From an uncultured Planctomycetaceae bacterium (GTDB lineage: Bacteria > Planctomycetota > Planctomycetia > Isosphaerales > Isosphaeraceae): a stretch of DNA of 64,000 bases. Position numbers and translations under genes: made by a program. Of the stretch, positions 58,057 through 64,000 are shown piece after piece; position 1 is the first letter of the stretch, and each line of letters begins with the position of its first letter. The notes below the pieces were generated by a model, which was given only the letters and a program-made list of their open reading frames with translations, made no database searches and was not told the origin of the DNA. The stretch is taken from positions 2,304,001 through 2,368,000 of the forward strand of contig CAWIAD010000002.1 in assembly GCA_963833985.1 (NCBI GenBank), given 5' to 3'.

Positions 58057-58910
58057 TCATCCCTTGCCGCTGCCGTTCTGGGGCGGATAGATGAGGCGGA
58101 CGGGTTCGCGGCGGTGTCGCTGGCCATGGCAGAGGACGCCGCCCATGCGATGGTCAAGGGCTTCGATGGCGGCGTCGAGGATGCCCCGTGCCGTATCGAG
58201 GTGCCGGGGCCGCAGGGCGTAGGGATCCGCGGCAGACCCGTCCTGGGAAAGCACAGGGTCTCTGTGCGGATGGTGCGGTTCAGCTCGGGAGGAACGTCGT
58301 GGGGCTCGAGCGGTTCGTACTCGCCATCACGCCGGGTCGAGCGGTAATAGGCGCGCCGGGCTCCCGCGGGACCGGGATACACCCAGGACGTTTCGAGCAT
58401 GAGCAGCTCGGCGAACTGGGGCCAGGGAGCCGTTTCGGGAATAAAGCTGCGGGTCGGAACTCCGGGATCCGCCACGATCGCGGGGAGCAGCCGCCAGGCC
58501 TCGGCCAGGGGAAGCGGGCGGCTCGGATCGGCCAGCAGGCCGCGTAGTTCGGGACGCCCCAGCTCAACGGCGGCCTGACGCACGAGTGCTTCGGCGCTGG
58601 AGACGTACAGCAAGAGCGCCGCACGGGCCAGCCGCGCGGCATCCGCCTCGGACTGTGCCAGGCGGCTCTGCGTATGAAAGTGCAGCGCGTCCTGGTAGAG
58701 GCAATGAAAAGGGCTGACCACGGTCTCGACCACCCAGCCCGGTCCGGCCCCCGCCGTGGTCGTGGTCAGGGTGCCGGCGGCCTCGTCGTGTTCGGGCGTT
58801 TGTTCCGCCGGTACCGTCCGCGCCGGAACCCGATCGCGCTCCGGCGGAGTGCCCTCACGGCTTGAGGGCCCGGCCGGCAGGCTATTGGACCGTGCAAGAT
58901 CATCCGGCAT
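58057..58910 (-). CDS. hypothetical helical protein (frameshift near 58227)
   Basis: Two ORFs join as GLPR-DPYALRPRHL; protein-like composition. Confidence 0.6.
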
Positions 58911-59149
58911 GACGGTCTCTCTGGGTGGGCAATCGTGTGCGGCTTGCTCGGCTCGGCCCTCCCGGGGAACGAAACGTTGCGAGCCAGTGCCTCACGTGTC
59001 CGCGAACTCCAAAGCTTACCAGATCGCCGGCTCCTGCCGCCATAGCCGAAACCCTTCCCCATGCTGCAATTCGGGCAATTCTTTCGGGCCGGCAGGCGAT
59101 CCGCGGGCCGGACAGTCTGGTTGATCGTTCAACTCCGCCGAAAGCGGAG

Positions 59150-60901
59150 TCAGGGCCTTGCGGATGCCTGGACTGCGGGCGGAGCCGTGCGCGGGCCGAC
59201 CGCTATCGGGTTCCTCCAGAGCAGCTGGCGCGCCTTCAGCAGGTTGCCGTGATGCTGCAAGGTGGGGTCGGCCTGGCTGTAGTGGGTGATCGCCCGATCG
59301 AGGTCGCCCCGTGATTCGTAGATGCGGCCCAGGTTCGTCTGAGCGCCCCAGCGCAGCATGTTGTAATAGGCCTTGCCCGGGCCGGGCTCCGGCAGCATTC
59401 GCAGCAATTGCAGCAGCATGTTCTCGGCCTGGTCGGGAGTCTTCCGTTCCAGCTGGGCCATGGCCAGGTAATGAGTTGCGTAGATGTCCAGACCGTCCTG
59501 AACCTCCCGGGGAACCGTCTTCTTCTTGTCGGTCACCAGCGGGACGTTTTCGCCCAGTCGAAACGATACATACTCCCGGACGGCTTCGGGAAGTTCACCG
59601 CGTAATTGCTTGATTCTTGCCACGATGAGCGGGAACTCAGGGCGAAACAGGAACAGCGACTGTTTGGACGACTCCACGAACGCGGGTTTCGTGAAGAGGT
59701 TCGTCTCGATGTCCAGAGGAAGGCTCCAGAGCTTGATCTCACCGCAATGCGATCCCAGCACCTGCTGGAAATGGTCGCGCTGCTGCGCCGGGCTGCGATG
59801 CAGGATGGTGCGGTTCTTGCCGGCGAGGTCTCGCTCCAGCAGCTTCATCCGGGGGGTGAGCAAGCCCTGGCTGGAGTCAATCAACACGCCGATCCGCGAA
59901 GGGCTTGCCAGCAGCGAGGCCCGGCTGGTGCCATAGGGGGACTGGCCGGGGAGGTCCATCTGCTCGAGAACCGTGGGATCGGCGAGCGCCTGGCTCAGCG
60001 TTGCAACGCCCTGTCCGTCAGGACCGGGAATCGGCAGGCCAACCCGGGCGTCGAAGAGATAGGCCTGGCCATCAATCAGTGCCGCGCAGAGCCAGACGAG
60101 CACAGGCTTCGCCGGCTTTTGCAGAGCCGCGAGAGAGTTACCCATCGGAGACTGGCCCGCCCGGGCCAGCAGAGGCTCAATCACGTTGCCGCGCGAGTAC
60201 GTCAACAGGCCCGCGTCCACGCCGAGCTGGCGGCAGAGCACCAGGAAGAGCCACGATCGCTCGGCCCAGTATCCGTCCGACTCGGTGGCCAGCCCGCGCA
60301 GCAGCACGTCGTAAGGGCGGGCCGGCACCTGAGGAAGCTGCCGCGACCCCAGGGCTCCCGCCGGTACGAGCTGGATCTGCTGCACGACCCAATCAAAGGC
60401 TCGCTGCACGCGCGCCAGGTCGCTGCCGGTCCCGCCCACCCGGCCGGCGATCGCATGGTACATCATGCAATCTTCAAGATGCCGGGCATCGCGAATGCTC
60501 CAGGTGGGCGACTCGAGCTCCTTCACGAATTCGGGGGAAAGCTGTGTTTTCAAGTACTCGCGGTCCGCGGAATCCAGCAGGTATTCGGCCTGCGGTGTGC
60601 CCTCGAAGAACTGGTTGAGCTTCTGCGTCGCCAGGCGGAAGTTGTCACCGCCGGGCTGAAGCGCGGCGCGCTGGATGAGCTCGATGGAACTCGCAAGAAT
60701 CGCCGCGCGCTCGTCGGAATCGCGTACTGCCGCGGGCCTGGCCTGGGACTTCGATGAGTCCACAGGCTTCACCATCCCCTCGCGATACGTACCGGACCAC
60801 TTGAAGTCGGTTGGCTCTCGCGAGTAGTCGCAGCCGGCGACCAGGGCGATTGAAACAGCAAGGCAAACCTGGGCAATCCCGAGCGAGACGCTGCGAATCA
60901 A
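59150..60901 (-). CDS. hypothetical lipoprotein with transglutaminase-like core and C-terminal TPR
   Basis: RBS gaggag before TTG 60901; lipobox LVAGC; FDWVVQQIQL..PYDVLLRG..LCRQLGVDA..YLFD; AQTNLGRIYE. Confidence 0.7.
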   Translation of the reverse strand: MIRSVSLGIAQVCLAVSIALVAGCDYSREPTDFKWSGTYREGMVKPVDSSKSQARPAAVRDSDERAAILASSIELIQRAALQPGGDNFRLATQKLNQFFEGTPQAEYLLDSADREYLKTQLSPEFVKELESPTWSIRDARHLEDCMMYHAIAGRVGGTGSDLARVQRAFDWVVQQIQLVPAGALGSRQLPQVPARPYDVLLRGLATESDGYWAERSWLFLVLCRQLGVDAGLLTYSRGNVIEPLLARAGQSPMGNSLAALQKPAKPVLVWLCAALIDGQAYLFDARVGLPIPGPDGQGVATLSQALADPTVLEQMDLPGQSPYGTSRASLLASPSRIGVLIDSSQGLLTPRMKLLERDLAGKNRTILHRSPAQQRDHFQQVLGSHCGEIKLWSLPLDIETNLFTKPAFVESSKQSLFLFRPEFPLIVARIKQLRGELPEAVREYVSFRLGENVPLVTDKKKTVPREVQDGLDIYATHYLAMAQLERKTPDQAENMLLQLLRMLPEPGPGKAYYNMLRWGAQTNLGRIYESRGDLDRAITHYSQADPTLQHHGNLLKARQLLWRNPIAVGPRTAPPAVQASARP

Positions 60902-61353
60902 GAGTGAAGCTCCTCGACGCTCAAGGCACCCGCCTGCGGATGATCTGGCGAATGCGGTTTCTTTGTCGCTGGTCCTTCTGAGGCGAGCATCAAACCGTGT
61001 GAGACCCGTGGCTGCCGGACGCTCCATATATCGGAGCTATCTTCGCCCTGCGCACGGCATGGGCACACTGTGCCGGCATCCCATGCTACGAGTTTACACA
61101 AAGCAGGGTTCGCCCGCGACGAGCAGAAGGGGGTTGCTTCCGGCACGGACCATGCGGGCTCACCATGTGCGGGCGCAAGTGCGGAAAGGGACAGGTTTTT
61201 CAGAGTTCTCATTGATGTTCGTGGTTGCGAGGTATCGCGGGGGCCATGTACGCGAGCGAAACGCTCATGTCCTCATGCAAGGCAAACGCGCAGGAGCACG
61301 ACTGTCGGCAGCCGGTGCTGGTTTCCGTTTGAACAACAAGGAGGAGGCCCACC

Positions 61354-61707
61354 ATGGCGGGACCGCGACGGCGAGTCGAGATCACCAACCCGCTGGGCCT
61401 GCACCTCCGCGCGGCCAATCGGTTGTCGCAGCTCGCGCAGCAATTCGACGCCCAGGTTTGCGTGCACTGGAACGGCCGCCAGGCGGACGCGAAGAGCATC
61501 CTCGACCTGCTGACGTTGGGCGCGGAGGCCGGCACCTTCATCGAGTTCGAGGCCAGTGGAGCGGACTCCGAAGAGGCAGCCGAGGCGCTCGTGAACCTGG
61601 TGGCCCAGCGCTTCCATGAGCAGGCCGACGAACCTTGCGAGAACCGCTCACCGTCCCTCCCCCCCTCGGGGCTCCCCAAATCGCCGCGCTGCGCGGCCGA
61701 TTCCTGA
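61354..61707 (+). CDS. ptsH: HPr-family phosphocarrier
   Basis: ITNPLGLHLRAA (His15 motif), ADAKSILDLLTLGA (Ser46 motif); RBS aggagg. Confidence 0.9.
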   Translation: MAGPRRRVEITNPLGLHLRAANRLSQLAQQFDAQVCVHWNGRQADAKSILDLLTLGAEAGTFIEFEASGADSEEAAEALVNLVAQRFHEQADEPCENRSPSLPPSGLPKSPRCAADS

Positions 61708-61871
61708 ACCTGGCGTGGGCTGGCCGTGAGCTGGCGGATCCGTGCCTCGACCTGTTTTTCCCGCGACATCGGCGCTCTGTCGTTGGACGAGATGACCAGT
61801 TCCCGAGGTTTTGCGGCGCCGGATCGAGCATCCGCGCCATCGCTCCTGAATCATGGCGTGGCAGCCGGCGG

Positions 61872-62246
61872 TCATGGCGAGAGCTCCTGTAACGAGGTGC
61901 GATTCACCTCGTCCTGTGGAGCGCGCCTGCGTCCTTCCCCGGTGGGACGCATGAACCAGGGTCTCCTGGCGTGCGCCAGGTCGATGCCCGGGCCTCCGGA
62001 TGGAATGCTGGTTCCCGCGGGCCAGCTCTTGAAGTCCTTGCCGATGGTCGCACCATTCGGCAAGACTCCGCGGGCTGGGCGGTGAAACAACCCGGGGCTG
62101 TTGCGAATCTGTCCGCTCGTACTGGTGCACCCTGGGAGGTAGAGCGCGAGGAGTACCGCGAGAAGGATCCACTGAGACCGCGTGCCGCGCCTGGCGAAAG
62201 CCGCGCCCGCGATTCCCGCTGACGCCGTTTTCCTTCCGGTGGGCAT
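61872..62246 (-). CDS. hypothetical small lipoprotein-like protein
   Basis: RBS ggagg; basic N-terminus, then hydrophobic WILLAVLLALYLPGC. Confidence 0.4.
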   Translation of the reverse strand: MPTGRKTASAGIAGAAFARRGTRSQWILLAVLLALYLPGCTSTSGQIRNSPGLFHRPARGVLPNGATIGKDFKSWPAGTSIPSGGPGIDLAHARRPWFMRPTGEGRRRAPQDEVNRTSLQELSP

Positions 62247-62479
62247 ACGCATCCTCCCGCCCACTCGGCTCGTCCGTCATGACGAGGCACCGGGACGAAT
62301 TGAATCGAGCACATGAGCCTTCTCGCTGTATCGGTCGTACCGGCTGTGCCGATTGAGCAAAAGGTGGGCGCGCGGGAAGCGGAACGAGCCAGCCGCGCGG
62401 ACGGCGTGTTCTATGGCCGCTCTGCGACTCGTCTGGGAAACCTGGGTCCCCGGTGTGCCCAGGAGGTGGGGAAACCGCG

Positions 62480-63326
62480 CTAGACGTATTCAATGAGGGA
62501 CGTTCCGGCCATCAAGCAAAAGCCGCTGAGCAGGGCGATGGAAAGCTTGAGCCGGTCGTGGGTGTGAAACTGAAGCTCGGGGAGAAGGTCGGAAAGGGCG
62601 ATGCAGAGAAACGTCCCTGCCGAGAAGGCGAGTGCCACGGCCGTGCAGCTCGCGGCCGTCGCCGGGCTGAGCTGACCGAGGCCGACGGTGAAGAGCACGA
62701 CGCCAAGGGGGATCATCAGGGCAAAGCCGGCATTGATCAAGTGAGCGGTGCGCTTCGGTACCCCCGCGCCGAGCATGAGGCTGACGATCGTCAACGCGTC
62801 GGCCGGCTTGTGGACGATGGTGGCCAGGAAAACTCCCCAGGCCATCGGTCCGACCGCGTGGCGATCGGCATAGTCCGCCGCGATGGCGCTGGCGAGCGCC
62901 ACCCCGCCCACGAGCGAATGAATGGCCAGGCCGAAGGCCGCGGTGCCCCAGGAGAGCGATGTCACCGCGGGATCGCCGGGCAGCCGACCGGCCGCGCCGT
63001 GGTGGTTGTGTGCCTCGGCCTGATGGCCGGCATGGTGGTCTGTCGGGTCGTGCGGGTGTGGCTCGTGGTGATGGAATGAGAAGAAGTCGCTCGAGGAAAA
63101 AGAGGGCGAGCAGCCCGACGGCGGCCCAGCGCACCGTCTGCGCACCCCCCAATCTCACGACTTCCGGCAGCATGTGGAAAAACGCAGCACCCAGCATGCT
63201 ACCCGCCGAGAAGCTGAGGTAGATCTGGAGCCTGGTGTGGTTGAGCACCGTGGCCAGTGGCAGTGCGCCGCCCATGAGGCTGACGGCGACGATCAGCAGG
63301 CTGTACGCGGTCAGTGCTGACGGCAT
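62480..63326 (-). CDS. ZIP family metal transporter (frameshift near 63086)
   Basis: SFSAGSMLGAAFFHMLPE; His-rich loop; HSLVGG, HKPADAL, AGTFLCIALSDLLPE. Confidence 0.9.
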
Positions 63327-63492
63327 GTCGCGATCTGCTCTCCTGGACTTCGCGGTTCGACCCTTGTTCGCCCGGCGCACCGTCGAAATAATATACGAAG
63401 ATCGTCGGTGGGCGCGATTCCTTGGTTTCTAACCGGAGAAATCCTCTTCATCTCGATCCGGACAGAGGCCACGCCACGCGGGAGGGGGAGGA

Positions 63493-63780
63493 ATGTCCAA
63501 GCTCAGCGAACCCGAGATTCTTGACAAGCTTGCCGAGGCTCAGGGGTGGGACCGGCACGGGGATATGCTGGTGCGCACCTGGCAGTTTCCGTCATTTCGC
63601 CGCGCCATGGAGTTTGCCAACCAGCTCGCAGCGGTGGTGGAGAAGGCGGACCATTACCCGGACATTCACGTCGGCTTTCGCCTCGTGCGTGTGGAGATTT
63701 CCACGCATGACGTGGGTGGGCTCACAGAACGCGACTTCGCGCTGGCCGCTCAGATCAATACGCTGCCCACGGACCGGTAG
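63493..63780 (+). CDS. phhB: pterin-4-alpha-carbinolamine dehydratase
   Basis: ADHYPDI, STHDVGGLTERDFALA. Confidence 0.9.
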   Translation: MSKLSEPEILDKLAEAQGWDRHGDMLVRTWQFPSFRRAMEFANQLAAVVEKADHYPDIHVGFRLVRVEISTHDVGGLTERDFALAAQINTLPTDR

Positions 63781-63911
63781 CCGCGCGCTGCCGGCTGACC
63801 TGGCCAAGAAAAAACCCAGGCCCGGGGGGTCGGGGCTGCCGCGAAGTGGAGACGGTTCTCGACCGTCTCCGGGGCCGTCGTGATCGGGTTCCGCGCTGTC
63901 ACGCAAGCGAG

Positions 63912-64000
63912 TCAGGGCGTTTTCACTTCACCCGGACGCCGGGGCCCGGACTGCCCGGGGGCGAGCCGGCGATACTTGGTCTTGGGCAGATTGAAGACGC
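63912..64000 (-). CDS. 3' end of a small basic protein (possibly the PVC small basic protein family), truncated by the window edge
   Basis: Minus strand VFNLPKTKYRRLAPGQSGPRRPGEVKTP*; similarity rests on the LPK motif only. Confidence 0.4.
   Translation of the reverse strand, partial: VFNLPKTKYRRLAPGQSGPRRPGEVKTP

Overview
High-GC bacterial chromosome segment. The 16S/23S signatures, ECF sigma + Ser/Thr kinase pairs and LE(P/H)R-motif secreted proteins point to Planctomycetota, probably Isosphaeraceae (inference). Left to right: a lower-GC wHTH / N6-adenine MTase / PD-(D/E)xK-like operon; icd-aceK; a propeller-amidohydrolase; a kinase-ECF pair; iscS-iscA and housekeeping genes; a complete minus-strand 16S-23S-5S rRNA operon; a sugar-binding lipoprotein plus Na+/solute symporter; a candidate ncRNA; a flippase-GT4-YfhO cluster; two divergent ECF-kinase pairs followed by two tandem-repeat secreted proteins; Uma2; tRNA-Thr(CGT); and further housekeeping genes. 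Most striking: an intact BrnT/BrnA-type toxin-antitoxin pair lies in the 16S-23S spacer, where I see no tRNA. It is co-oriented with the rRNA and enclosed by the predicted pre-16S processing stem. Also notable: a circularly permuted RbsB-type binding protein beside a symporter carrying a ~130-aa inserted domain, a promoter-driven ~250-nt structured RNA, and an ECF with a duplicated region 4. About 14 single-base frameshifts look like long-read indel errors. All calls come from reading the sequence by eye; no database searches were run.
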